A stretch of 64,000 nt of DNA, taken from the NCBI GenBank assembly GCA_035368605.1, contig DAOSLF010000002.1:12023-76022 (forward strand), given 5' to 3'. Under the pieces are notes generated by a model that was given only the letters and a program-made list of their open reading frames with translations, was not told the DNA's origin and searched no databases. Within the stretch, counting starts at the first letter, position 1; each line of letters opens with the position of its first letter. Shown piece after piece: positions 9,787-18,882 of this stretch. A program made the translations under genes and the position numbers. The DNA comes from Candidatus Omnitrophota bacterium. GTDB lineage: Bacteria; Omnitrophota; Omnitrophia; Omnitrophales; Aquincolibacteriaceae.

Positions 9787-10251
9787 CTAGAACTCGCGCG
9801 AGCCTCTCGATCCCTTGCGGTGTCCACCGCCTCTTCCGAAACGTTTTTTGCGGAAACTTCCCGCGGCTCCGTGAGAACGGCCGAACGACCTTTCGGGACT
9901 TTCGTGATGCCTGCCGAATCCCCCGTCCTGGTCGTCGCGACGACCGGTATGGAATCCTCCGCCGCCATGACGGGGCTTGAAACCGCCACCCCCGCCGCGG
10001 AACGGACGGCCGAAGGGCTTGCGGTGCTCCCGAAAGCCACGGGAATCTTGTTTGCCTTCCGCGCGGTTCCCAGCGTTCTCTGACCTTTCGATCAGGAAAT
10101 TGAGTTTTTTCTCGAGAATCTCGAGCCGTTCGTTGATCTTCTCGAGGACCTCGGTGATGTCGACCTCTTCCATTTCATCTTCCCGGTCTTCTTCCCGTTC
10201 CCCGAATTCTTCTTCCTGGTTCCCGCCAGCCTGTTCGTTTCCCTTGTTCAT
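9787..10251 (-). CDS. Hypothetical RG/GGF-rich protein: acidic N-terminal coiled-coil segment followed by a low-complexity RGG-type tail
   Basis: 154-aa ORF with a good SD (AAGGGAG 6 nt upstream of the ATG). Co-oriented downstream of the rluA-family gene and ending at the shared terminator. Its composition could partly reflect high GC, so confidence is modest. Confidence 0.4.
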   Translation of the reverse strand: MNKGNEQAGGNQEEEFGEREEDREDEMEEVDITEVLEKINERLEILEKKLNFLIERSENAGNRAEGKQDSRGFREHRKPFGRPFRGGGGGFKPRHGGGGFHTGRRDDQDGGFGRHHESPERSFGRSHGAAGSFRKKRFGRGGGHRKGSRGSREF

Positions 10252-10364
10252 GGATGCTCCCTTGTTCTGTTGAAGTCCTGGATAGTATCGTTCAGATCAA
10301 ACGGACATCTGAATAATGCCTGCGGCGCCGGTAAGTATATACCCTTTTTCCTTCCGAGGGTTTT

Positions 10365-11276
10365 TTAAGTCACTATTTTCTCGAACGCGGCCGGGACCGG
10401 GAGATCGATCTCCGTCTCCTTGCCCGTCACGGGATGCACGAAGGCGAGATAGTGCGAATGGAGCGCGATCCGCTTCGCGGGATCGGTCCTGGCGCCGTAC
10501 TGGCTGTCACCGGCAATCGGATGTCCCATGTCGGAGAGCTGGACGCGAATCTGGTGCTTCCGCCCCGTACCAAGCTCCACCTCGAGGAGCGAGTGCCGGG
10601 GGCTTGAGCGCATCACGCGATAATGCGTCACGGAAAGCTTCGCGCCCTCGGTCGCGGGCGTGCTGTAGACCTTCAGGAACTTGTTCTCCCGCAGATAGCT
10701 TTTGAGAGTCCCCTCCGGCTTTTCTGGAACGCCTTCCACAACGGCATAATAGCGTTTTGTCACGTCCGGCCAGTTCGCCCGCAGGATTTCCTTCATCCCG
10801 GCCGTTTTGGCGAACATCAAAAGGCCCGAGACCTCCTTATCCAGGCGGTGCACGAGAAAGATTTGCTTTCCGCGCTTTACCGGAGCGGTCCCCGGACGCG
10901 GACGGGCAACCTCTACACCCTCCCGGAGGACATGCTCATTCGCGGCAAAAAAAGCCGTGCGGGTCGATACCTTGTCGGTCGAGATCGTCAGAAGTCCCGC
11001 CGGTTTTTCGATCACGAGAATCCGGTCGTCCTCGTAAACAATCCGGATACCGTACTTAAGGGACCCTGCGGCCGCGGCTTCTTTCACGGAAAGAACGCGT
11101 ACCGTATCGCCGGCTTTCAGGGGACGATCGAACCTTTTTTCGACACATCCGTTCACGAGCACCGAACCAAACTTCAGATATTGTCGCACCTTCGTGCGCT
11201 TCGTGTCCGCAAGAAGGCGGAACAGCGTTTCAAGGAGCGGCCCTTCTTTTGCGGGTGTGATCGAAAAATCTCTCAT
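10365..11276 (-). CDS. RluA-family 23S rRNA pseudouridine synthase (RluC/RluD-like, N-terminal S4 domain)
   Basis: S4 domain (TKVRQYLKFGSVLVNGCVEKRFDRPLKAGDTV) and catalytic HRLDKEVSGLLMFAKT motif. Start chosen at the internal ATG (MRDFSITPAKEG), which overlaps the upstream gene's stop by 4 nt (ATGA). The 487-aa track ORF extends upstream in frame over the neighbouring gene. Confidence 0.85.
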   Translation of the reverse strand: MRDFSITPAKEGPLLETLFRLLADTKRTKVRQYLKFGSVLVNGCVEKRFDRPLKAGDTVRVLSVKEAAAAGSLKYGIRIVYEDDRILVIEKPAGLLTISTDKVSTRTAFFAANEHVLREGVEVARPRPGTAPVKRGKQIFLVHRLDKEVSGLLMFAKTAGMKEILRANWPDVTKRYYAVVEGVPEKPEGTLKSYLRENKFLKVYSTPATEGAKLSVTHYRVMRSSPRHSLLEVELGTGRKHQIRVQLSDMGHPIAGDSQYGARTDPAKRIALHSHYLAFVHPVTGKETEIDLPVPAAFEKIVT

Positions 11277-11914
11277 GCTCTTTTTGCCGGCGGATCCCCC
11301 GCCCCAAAGAGTTTTTTCACGAAACGCCAGAGCCAGCGGATGAGGAGAAAAGCGAGGAAAAGAATGCCCAGGACAGTCAGCGTCGCGAGCACCGGGTGTT
11401 TGATAAAGAACCAGAACATCCCGATCACAAGGCCCTGTTCGACCGTACTGACCGCGATATTGGAGAAAGGTTCGGGCGAGGCGTTGATCGCGAGGCGACC
11501 CGCCGCTTTGGCCGTGTGCATGTTGAGCGTCATCGTCCCGGCCAACATCGCGTACGCGGTCTGGACGACAAGACCGTGTTCGGTTCCCGCGAGATAGCCG
11601 ATCCCGATCCCGCCGAGAGGCCGAATGACCGTGTGAACCGAATCCCAAACCGAATCCACATACGGGACCTTGTCTGCGATGAACTCGATCGCGAAAACGA
11701 TGAACGCCAGACTGAAGATGAGGGGGTTCGCGAAAACCGCGAGCTGGCCCGGAAGACCGATCCATCCGAAGAACCCGCAGAGGCCAAGCAGTCCGACCGC
11801 GAGGTACACGCTGATCCCCGCCGCCCACGCCCCGAGAATCACGACGAGGATCTCCCTGGGGGTATGCGCCACAATCCTGGTGATGTTTTCAATCGCGGCG
11901 GTCACGGCATCCAT
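11273..11914 (-). CDS. Polytopic inner-membrane protein, DUF4126-like
   Basis: 213-aa ORF with 5-6 predicted TM helices. Family assignment is from recall only. Confidence 0.5.
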   Translation of the reverse strand: MDAVTAAIENITRIVAHTPREILVVILGAWAAGISVYLAVGLLGLCGFFGWIGLPGQLAVFANPLIFSLAFIVFAIEFIADKVPYVDSVWDSVHTVIRPLGGIGIGYLAGTEHGLVVQTAYAMLAGTMTLNMHTAKAAGRLAINASPEPFSNIAVSTVEQGLVIGMFWFFIKHPVLATLTVLGILFLAFLLIRWLWRFVKKLFGAGDPPAKRA

Positions 11915-12210
11915 CAGTAGTTGAAAAGATCGCGGTGGGCAAACCGCTGGTCTTCCGGAACCGCGTTATGGAGGGCGTTCAGGATTTTGGTCTTCACGTT
12001 CGGCGTGAGGTACCGTCCCTTGCGGCCTTTCTGGACCATCTTGTGGGTCAGCTGTTCTTTCGAGGCCGAGACGAGATCGTGGTTGGAGAGTCCAAGCCGC
12101 GTCATGAGGGCATCGAGCGGTTGCGTTCCGTGTTCTTCCGCCACACATCCTCCCTTTCCCGTCTTAACTCCCGGTATTAGTTGGTGCAGGTTATCCGGCT
12201 TTAAGCTCAC
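11914..12210 (-). CDS. Small hypothetical protein with a helix-extended-helix (Rho_N/SAP-like) motif, directly downstream of rho
   Basis: 98 aa. The segment PLDALMTRLGLSNHDLVSASKEQLTHKMVQ resembles the HeH pattern of the Rho N-terminal helical bundle. Its start overlaps the rho stop region (12191-12210). Confidence 0.4.
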   Translation of the reverse strand: MSLKPDNLHQLIPGVKTGKGGCVAEEHGTQPLDALMTRLGLSNHDLVSASKEQLTHKMVQKGRKGRYLTPNVKTKILNALHNAVPEDQRFAHRDLFNY

Positions 12211-13258
12211 GACTCACGGCCGCGAGAAAATCCCTGTTGGTCGGGTATTTCCTGAGCTGCGTCGTGAGCGCCTGGATCGACTCTATCGGCTTCAGCCCCG
12301 CCAGGGCGCCGCGCATTCTTCGCACCGGTTCGAGTTCCTCGGGGGCCAGAAGCAATTCTTCTTTCCTTGTGCCGCTCCTGGAGATATCGACCGCCGGAAA
12401 GATTCGCTGATTCGATATCTCGCGCGACAGGTAGATCTCCATATTCCCGGTCCCTTTGAACTCTTCGAAAATATACTGATCCATCCGGCTCCCTGTGTCC
12501 ACCAGGATCGTCGCAAGAATCGTGAGCGAACCGCCGTGCTCGATCTTGCGAGCAGACCCGAAGATGCGCCGCGGCACCTCAAGCGCCCGCGCGTCCACGC
12601 CGCCCGAAAGCGTACGCCCGCTCGACATCCGCTCCGCGTTATGCACGCGCGCAAGGCGCGTCAGCGAATCGACCAGCACCATCACATTCGCGCCGTCCAG
12701 AACCTCGCGGTAGACCTGTTTCATCAGCCCGTCTGCCGTCGCGATGTGGTGATCGCAGGATTCGTCCGAAGACGACCAGCGGACCTCCGCCGGAGCGCTC
12801 CGCCTGAAATCCGTGACCTCCTCCGGCCGTTCATCGATCAAGAGGCAGTAGAGCTTCATTTCCGGATGGCTTTTCGCGACGGACCGGCAGACATGTTTTA
12901 AAAAAGTTGTCTTGCCGGTACCGGGGGGCGCGACGATGAGCCCGCGCTGTCCCATCCCGATCGGCGACACGAGGTCCATGACCCGCATCGTCATTTCCGG
13001 GAGGCCGTCCTCGAGACGGAGCCGCGGGGACGGATCGATCGCGACCGAGGCCCTGAATTTCCGGGAGATCTCGTCATCCTGAGAACTGGCCGGCTGCTGC
13101 CGCGCGTAGCCGTTCCGGGCATAGCCGTTCGGCGCGGGATGACGGTAACCCCCGTGTCCCGGCGCATACGGCTTCCGGGGACGCTGCGGCCGGCCGCGCC
13201 GCGGGCGTTCTCCCCCGCTTCCCTTCCCGTGCCGGTTTCCCGGATCAAAAGGTCTCAT
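12191..13258 (-). CDS. rho: Transcription termination factor Rho, atypical: the ATPase/C-terminal domain is complete, but the N-terminal helical bundle and OB-fold (CSD) are replaced by a ~62-aa RG/YG-rich low-complexity segment.
   Basis: Walker A RGLIVAPPGTGKT. Rho-specific motifs VDSLTRLARVHN, GGSLTILATILVDTGSRMDQYIFEEFKGTGNMEIYLSR and ISNQRIFPAVDISRSGTRKEELL. The region PSPRLRLEDG...MRVMDLVSPIG aligns to E. coli Rho residues ~140-170. ATG at 13256-13258 overlaps the ABC-F stop (ATGA). Confidence 0.9.
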   Translation of the reverse strand: MRPFDPGNRHGKGSGGERPRRGRPQRPRKPYAPGHGGYRHPAPNGYARNGYARQQPASSQDDEISRKFRASVAIDPSPRLRLEDGLPEMTMRVMDLVSPIGMGQRGLIVAPPGTGKTTFLKHVCRSVAKSHPEMKLYCLLIDERPEEVTDFRRSAPAEVRWSSSDESCDHHIATADGLMKQVYREVLDGANVMVLVDSLTRLARVHNAERMSSGRTLSGGVDARALEVPRRIFGSARKIEHGGSLTILATILVDTGSRMDQYIFEEFKGTGNMEIYLSREISNQRIFPAVDISRSGTRKEELLLAPEELEPVRRMRGALAGLKPIESIQALTTQLRKYPTNRDFLAAVSRELKAG

Positions 13259-15072
13259 TTTTGCAGCTTATCCATTTTGGTTTGCAGGGAGTACCATTCG
13301 TCCTCGGCTTTTTCGATACTGATCTGGATTTCTTTCAGCTTCAGATTGCGCTCCTTTGAAAAGTGCATGGGATTATCCGCCATCTCTTTCAGGATTTTGT
13401 CGCGCTCCTCGGTGAAATGTTTCATCCGGCCTTCCGCCTTGGCCAGGGCCTTCCTGAGTTTCGCGATCTCGGCGCCCGGCTTCGGCGTTTTCGCCGCAGG
13501 ACCGGCGGGGGCCGCTCTCGCATCACGGACCGGACCTTTCTTTTTCGGCTCCGGCATCTCCCCCGCAACCGTTTCTTCCCGTTCCCCCCGCGCTACCTGT
13601 TCGCGGAAGTAAACATAATCTTCATAGCTCCCCGGATACCTCAGGACCCGCCCGCGTTTTACTTCAAGGATCTTGTCCGCGACCAGGTTCACGAAGGTCC
13701 TGTCGTGGCTGATGAACACGACCGTACCGTTAAAACGTTTCAGGGCCTGGCCGAGCGATTCCACGGTCTCGAAGTCCAGATGGTTCGTCGGTTCGTCGAG
13801 GAGCAGGACGTGGCTTTTTGAGAGGAGGATTCCCGCCAGCACAAGCCTCGCCCGTTCGCCTCCGCTCAGGACCTTCACCTTCTTTTTGACGTCATCTCCC
13901 TTGAAGAGGAAACATCCCGCCATATTGAGGACATCCTGGTTCGTAACGCCGGGATGGCTCTCCCGCACAAGATGCGTATAAATATCATCCTCCGGATCGA
14001 GGGCCGAGAACACGTGCTGGGCATAAAAAGCCGTCTTCAGCCCCGTTCCCCAGCGGAATGTCCCCGCTTTGGGGGCGAGATCACCCGCCATGGTCCTCAG
14101 CAGGGTCGTTTTCCCCTCGCCGTTGTCACCGAGCACGGCGACGCGATCCCCGCGCTCGATCTCGAATTCGATCCCGCGCGCGACATCCTTTTCCGGATAT
14201 CCCACAGTGAGATCTTCGCACGCGAACGCGATCCCCGCTTTCGCTTCGATAGGCGGGATCGGAATCCTGACGTTCGACATCGGATGGCCGATCTCTATCG
14301 TTTTCAGTTTCGCGAGCTGCTTCATTTTCGACTGGGCGCGTGAAGCCGTCGACGCCTTGGCGCGGAACCGGTCGATAAAGGCCTGAAGCTGCTCGCGTTT
14401 TTTTTCAACGCCCCGGTTGTGGGCCTCGGTCTGGGCGGTTCGGACTTCCTTAAACTCGAAATATTCCTCGATGTCCCCCGGATACAACGTCAATTCGCCA
14501 CCTTCAACCTCCAGCGTGTGATCGCAGGTCCGTTTCAGAAACTCGCGGTCGTGGGAAACGACCAGGCATCCGCCTCGGAAATCGATCAGGAAATTCTCGA
14601 GCAGGATCAGCGTGTTGAGGTCCAGGTAATTGCTCGGCTCGTCAAGGATCAGAAAATTGGGATCTCCAAGAAGCATCGCGGCCAGCTTCACGCGCGTCTG
14701 ATAACCGCCCGGAAGACTGCGGACCGTCGCCTCCAGCATGTCATTCGGAATCCTGAAACGGGCGGCCATCTGGCCGCATTCCCAGTGTTCGCTTTCCGTC
14801 GCGCGCATCAGGTAGTCGAGAACGCTTTCACCATCGCGGAAAACATCGTGCTGTTCCAGATAGCTGAGGCGTAACGCCGCGTTCTTCGAGACCGTCCCGC
14901 CGTCAGCGGTCTCGTGGCCCGTGATGATCCGGCAAAGCGTGGACTTCCCGGCGCCATTCCGGCCGATCACGCCGATTTTCTGGTCGTCCTCAAAAGCGGC
15001 CGTGGCGTTCTCAAGGATGACCGAAGCGCCGTAGGCCTTGCAAATGCCGTTGATCTGTAAAAGGACCGTCAT
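13255..15072 (-). CDS. ABC-F family ATPase (two ABC domains plus a C-terminal coiled-coil; Uup/EttA-like ribosome-associated factor)
   Basis: 605 aa. Two Walker A motifs (GRNGAGKST, GDNGEGKTT), two LSGGE signatures, and a C-terminal charged coiled-coil tail. Confidence 0.9.
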   Translation of the reverse strand: MTVLLQINGICKAYGASVILENATAAFEDDQKIGVIGRNGAGKSTLCRIITGHETADGGTVSKNAALRLSYLEQHDVFRDGESVLDYLMRATESEHWECGQMAARFRIPNDMLEATVRSLPGGYQTRVKLAAMLLGDPNFLILDEPSNYLDLNTLILLENFLIDFRGGCLVVSHDREFLKRTCDHTLEVEGGELTLYPGDIEEYFEFKEVRTAQTEAHNRGVEKKREQLQAFIDRFRAKASTASRAQSKMKQLAKLKTIEIGHPMSNVRIPIPPIEAKAGIAFACEDLTVGYPEKDVARGIEFEIERGDRVAVLGDNGEGKTTLLRTMAGDLAPKAGTFRWGTGLKTAFYAQHVFSALDPEDDIYTHLVRESHPGVTNQDVLNMAGCFLFKGDDVKKKVKVLSGGERARLVLAGILLSKSHVLLLDEPTNHLDFETVESLGQALKRFNGTVVFISHDRTFVNLVADKILEVKRGRVLRYPGSYEDYVYFREQVARGEREETVAGEMPEPKKKGPVRDARAAPAGPAAKTPKPGAEIAKLRKALAKAEGRMKHFTEERDKILKEMADNPMHFSKERNLKLKEIQISIEKAEDEWYSLQTKMDKLQK

Positions 15073-15388
15073 GATCGGGATTCGGGGTTTCGGAACCGGA
15101 TCTCGGGAAAGATCACCGGGATCAGCCGTGAAAGATACAAAGACACGCCGTCAGGCGGTCCCGATCGCATAAAACGCGACCGTGTTCGAAATAAAACAAG
15201 GTCAGGCCATCAGGATAACGCTGTTGGCCAGCGCCTTGAGACCGGACTGCCTTTTCCCGTGAACGAAAGCCGCAAATCCGGTGCGGGGAAAAAGAATCCG
15301 GACGAAAAGACCGGACGCGTTCATTCCCTTCCTGTGAAGGACCCGTCCCGGGGATGTGTTCAGCGCGTCCCCCGGAGCGGGACCGGTA

Positions 15389-16825
15389 TCAATACTTGTA
15401 ATGCTCGGGCTTGTAAGGACCCTCGGAAGGCACGCCGAGGTAATCGGCCTGCTTCGGGGTAAGCCTGGTGAGCCTGGCGCCGAGTTTCTCGAGATGGAGC
15501 CGGGCGACTTCTTCGTCGAGTTTCTTGTCGAGCCGGTAAACACCCGGTTTCCTGGGGTTTAGCGCGAGATCAATCTGCGCGAGCGTCTGGTTCGTGAAGG
15601 AATTCGACATCACGAAACTGGGATGCCCCGTCGCGCAGCCGAGGTTCACGAGGCGCCCTTCCGCGAGAAGGATAATCGAGTGCCCGTCGGGAAACACGTA
15701 TTTGTCAACCTGCGGCTTGATGTTGATCTTCTTGATACCGGGCCATTTTTCGAGCTTCGCGACCTGAATCTCGTTGTCGAAATGCCCGATATTACAGACA
15801 ATCGCCTCATCCTTCATTTTGGACATGTGCACGGCGGTGATGACGTCGATATTACCGGTCGTCGTCACGTAGATATCGCCGATATCGAGCACATCCTCGA
15901 GACGCGCGACCTGGTAGCCGGCCATGGACGCCTGAAGGGCGCAGATCGGGTCGATCTCGGTCACGATCACGCGAGCCTTCAATTCCGCGAGGGATTGAGC
16001 GCTGCCTTTGCCCACGTCCCCATAGCCGAGAACAACGGCGACCTTGCCCGCGATCATCACATCGGTCGCGCGTTTGATGCCGTCCACGAGCGATTCGCGG
16101 CAGCCGTACAGGTTGTCAAATTTCGATTTCGTGACGGAATCGTTCACGTTGATCGCGGGAACGAGGAGCCTTCCCTCTTCCTGCATCTTGTAGAGCCGGT
16201 GAACGCCGGTCGTGGTCTCCTCCGAAACGCCTTCCCATTCCGCGACAACGTCGCGCCATTTCTTCGGGGTCTCCTCGAGGCATTGTTTCAGGACCCTGAA
16301 AAGCTCGATCTCATCCTGCGTCTCGACCTTCTTGTCGAGAAGTCTGGGGTTCTTTTCCGCGTCGTATCCGAGATGGACCATAAGCGTCGCGTCCCCGCCG
16401 TCATCGACGATCAGGTTCGGGCCCTTGCCGCCCGGGAAGGTCAGGGCCTGCAACGTACACCACCAGTATTCTTCGAGGGTCTCCCCTTTCCACGCAAACA
16501 CCGGAATCCCGCGCTTCGCGATCGCGGCCGCCGCGTGGTCCTGCGTCGAAAAGATATTGCACGAGCACCACCGGACATCCGCGCCAAGCTCGACGAGTGT
16601 CTCGATCAGCACCGCGGTCTGGATCGTCATGTGGAGGCTCCCCATGATCCGTTTGCCCTTCAGCGGTTTTTTCGGTCCGTATTTTCTGCGGGTGGCCATG
16701 AGGCCGGGCATTTCCTTCTCGGCCATTTCGATCTCTTTACGGCCCCAATCCGCCAGGGAAAGGTCCGCGACCTTGAAGTCCTGGATCTTGTTCTGGGCAG
16801 GCTGTTTCTTTGACTCGGTAGACAT
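15389..16825 (-). CDS. ahcY: Adenosylhomocysteinase (S-adenosyl-L-homocysteine hydrolase)
   Basis: 478 aa with an NAD-binding [15 protein letters not shown] motif and overall AhcY similarity. Confidence 0.95.
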   Translation of the reverse strand: MSTESKKQPAQNKIQDFKVADLSLADWGRKEIEMAEKEMPGLMATRRKYGPKKPLKGKRIMGSLHMTIQTAVLIETLVELGADVRWCSCNIFSTQDHAAAAIAKRGIPVFAWKGETLEEYWWCTLQALTFPGGKGPNLIVDDGGDATLMVHLGYDAEKNPRLLDKKVETQDEIELFRVLKQCLEETPKKWRDVVAEWEGVSEETTTGVHRLYKMQEEGRLLVPAINVNDSVTKSKFDNLYGCRESLVDGIKRATDVMIAGKVAVVLGYGDVGKGSAQSLAELKARVIVTEIDPICALQASMAGYQVARLEDVLDIGDIYVTTTGNIDVITAVHMSKMKDEAIVCNIGHFDNEIQVAKLEKWPGIKKINIKPQVDKYVFPDGHSIILLAEGRLVNLGCATGHPSFVMSNSFTNQTLAQIDLALNPRKPGVYRLDKKLDEEVARLHLEKLGARLTRLTPKQADYLGVPSEGPYKPEHYKY

Positions 16826-16899
16826 GTTTTCCTTTCTTTTTTCGACGGGAGATCACGGCCCCGGGACGCGAGGGTTCACGCCCCGGGAACATGCGATGG

Positions 16900-18123
16900 T
16901 TAAACGGCCGTCGTCACTTTGCAGCAGGCGCAGCCGTCCTTAAGCTTCAGGACTTTGCGGAGCGCGTCAACCTTGTCGGTCTTCTCCCACGTAAAACCGG
17001 CTTCCGAACGGCCGAAATGCCCGTACGCGGCGGTCTTGTTGTAGATCGGACGGAGAAGGTCCAGCGCACTGATGATCCCCCGCGGGGTGAAATCAAAAAC
17101 CTTCGTCACAGCTTCCACGATGGCTTCCTCGCTGATCCTGTTGGTGCCGAAGGTATCCACACGGATCGAAACGGGCTTCGCCACGCCGATCGCATAAGAA
17201 ACCTGTATCTCGCAGCTGCCCGCGAGACCGGCGGCCACGATATTCTTCGCCACATAACGGGCAAAATACGCCGCGGAGCGGTCCACCTTCGACGGATCCT
17301 TGCCGCTGAACGCGCCGCCGCCGTGACGGCCCATGCCGCCGTAGGTGTCGACGATGATCTTGCGGCCGGTAAGCCCGGTGTCCCCGTGGGGACCGCCGAC
17401 CTCGAAACGCCCGGTCGGGTTAATGAAGATTTTCGTGTTTTTGTCCATCAGGTTCGCCGGGATGACTTTCTTGATCACTTTTTCGGTCAGATCCTTCTGG
17501 ATGGTTGAAAGTGTCACATTGCCGTCATGCTGGGAGGAGAGCACCACCGCCTCGACGCGCACCGGCTTTTCGTTCTTGTATTCGACCGTGACCTGGCTCT
17601 TCGAATCCGGACGGAGGTACTTGATCTTGCCGGATTTGCGGACCGCCGTGAGATAGCGGACAAGTTTTTGGGCGAGCATGATCGGGAGCGGCATGAATTC
17701 CGGCGTTTCATCGGTCGCATAGCCGAACATCATGCCCTGGTCTCCGGCACCGCCGGTGTCCACGCCCATCGCGATATCGGGCGACTGGGTGTGAAGCGCG
17801 ACGTCGATCTTGCAGGTCTTGTAGTCAAAACCGATCCTGGAATCCACATAACCGATCTTTTTGATCACGTTACGGGCAACCTTGTCGGCATCGACCTTGC
17901 CTTTACTCGTGATCTCGCCGGCGATCGTCATGCGGTCCGTCGTCGCGAGGCATTCGCAGGCGACGCGGGAGGCCGGATCCTGGGCCAGATAGGCGTCAAG
18001 GATCGCGTCCGAAACCTGGTCACAGACCTTGTCCGGATGTCCCTCAGAAACGGATTCGGAGGTGAAAAAATAATTCCCTTTTTTCATTTTGTTGCTCCTT
18101 TGGTTTATTTTCACTGACTCCAC
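16900..18123 (-). CDS. metK: S-adenosylmethionine synthetase
   Basis: 407 aa. N-terminal [25 protein letters not shown] and a GGGAFSGKD motif. Confidence 0.95.
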   Translation of the reverse strand: MESVKINQRSNKMKKGNYFFTSESVSEGHPDKVCDQVSDAILDAYLAQDPASRVACECLATTDRMTIAGEITSKGKVDADKVARNVIKKIGYVDSRIGFDYKTCKIDVALHTQSPDIAMGVDTGGAGDQGMMFGYATDETPEFMPLPIMLAQKLVRYLTAVRKSGKIKYLRPDSKSQVTVEYKNEKPVRVEAVVLSSQHDGNVTLSTIQKDLTEKVIKKVIPANLMDKNTKIFINPTGRFEVGGPHGDTGLTGRKIIVDTYGGMGRHGGGAFSGKDPSKVDRSAAYFARYVAKNIVAAGLAGSCEIQVSYAIGVAKPVSIRVDTFGTNRISEEAIVEAVTKVFDFTPRGIISALDLLRPIYNKTAAYGHFGRSEAGFTWEKTDKVDALRKVLKLKDGCACCKVTTAV

Positions 18124-18144
18124 AGTCCTACGACTAGCGGAAAA

Positions 18145-18882
18145 TCATCCGACGATAGCGTTCGCTTTCTGGTAGGAGGCGATGTCGCCGATATCCAGCC
18201 ATTTCCCTTTGAGAGGGAATGCGTAAAGCCCCGAGATCTCGGCAAGCCACCGCATATAATGTCCAGGTTGGTCCGTATTATGGCCCCCCTTGATATAGGT
18301 GTCAAGGAGGCCCCAGATCTCCTTCGGCAGCCAGTAAATGCCGCACGAAGCAAGCGTTGTCTTCGGCTCCGGAGGCTTTTCCTGGAACTCCAGGACCTTC
18401 CCATCCTCCGAGGTCCGCACGAGGCCGTAGCGCTTTGCGAGCTCTCTATCCCCTACGTCGTAGACCGCGATCAAGCCGTGCGGCCGGACCTTCCCGCCGT
18501 AGTCCGTCAACGCCGTCAGATCAAAATCGAAGAAATTATCCCCCGCAATAATCATCAGGTCATCCGGCCGGAGCGCTTTCGCGCGAATCGTGTAGGCCAG
18601 GTCCCCAATGGCCCCGAGCCTCGTCTCATTCGAGGATGTCCCGTCATCAACAACCTCGACCGGCCAGGGATATTTCGCGGAAGCGGCCCACGCCGCGAAA
18701 TGCCCCGCAAACTTCGCGTTGCTCACGATATAGACGGCCTCGATCCCCGAAACCTTCCCGACCCGGTCCAGAATCCATTCGAGAATGGGTCTGCCGCCCA
18801 CGGGAAGAAGGGGTTTTGGCTGGTTCTCGGTCAAGGGATAAAGGCGGGTCGCGTAGCCCGCGCAAAGAAGGATGACTTTCAT
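18145..18882 (-). CDS. Sugar-phosphate nucleotidyltransferase (NTP_transferase family; mannose/heptose-1-phosphate guanylyltransferase-like)
   Basis: 245 aa. N-terminal MKVILLCAGYATRLYPLTENQPKPLLPVGGRPILEW, typical of this family. Confidence 0.8.
   Translation of the reverse strand: MKVILLCAGYATRLYPLTENQPKPLLPVGGRPILEWILDRVGKVSGIEAVYIVSNAKFAGHFAAWAASAKYPWPVEVVDDGTSSNETRLGAIGDLAYTIRAKALRPDDLMIIAGDNFFDFDLTALTDYGGKVRPHGLIAVYDVGDRELAKRYGLVRTSEDGKVLEFQEKPPEPKTTLASCGIYWLPKEIWGLLDTYIKGGHNTDQPGHYMRWLAEISGLYAFPLKGKWLDIGDIASYQKANAIVG

Noticed and set aside
15073-15388. 316-bp gap upstream of the ABC-F-rho operon, as a possible tRNA, sRNA or leader-peptide locus
   Set aside because: I could find no cloverleaf-compatible sequence, no convincing promoter or terminator pair, and no small ORF with an SD. 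Only weak hairpins were present (GGACGCGTCC, CCGCA...TGCGG). It is kept only as context for the ABC-F-rho finding.
15623-16813. 396-aa + strand ORF
   Set aside because: Antisense shadow of ahcY with a low-complexity R/D/L-rich translation. No independent signals.
16826-16899. Possible SAH or SAM riboswitch between metK and ahcY
   Set aside because: The 74-nt spacer contains only direct CCCGGGG repeats and a weak hairpin. I could not recognise the conserved SAH-riboswitch core, and it is too short and unstructured. It is most likely a simple intercistronic spacer.
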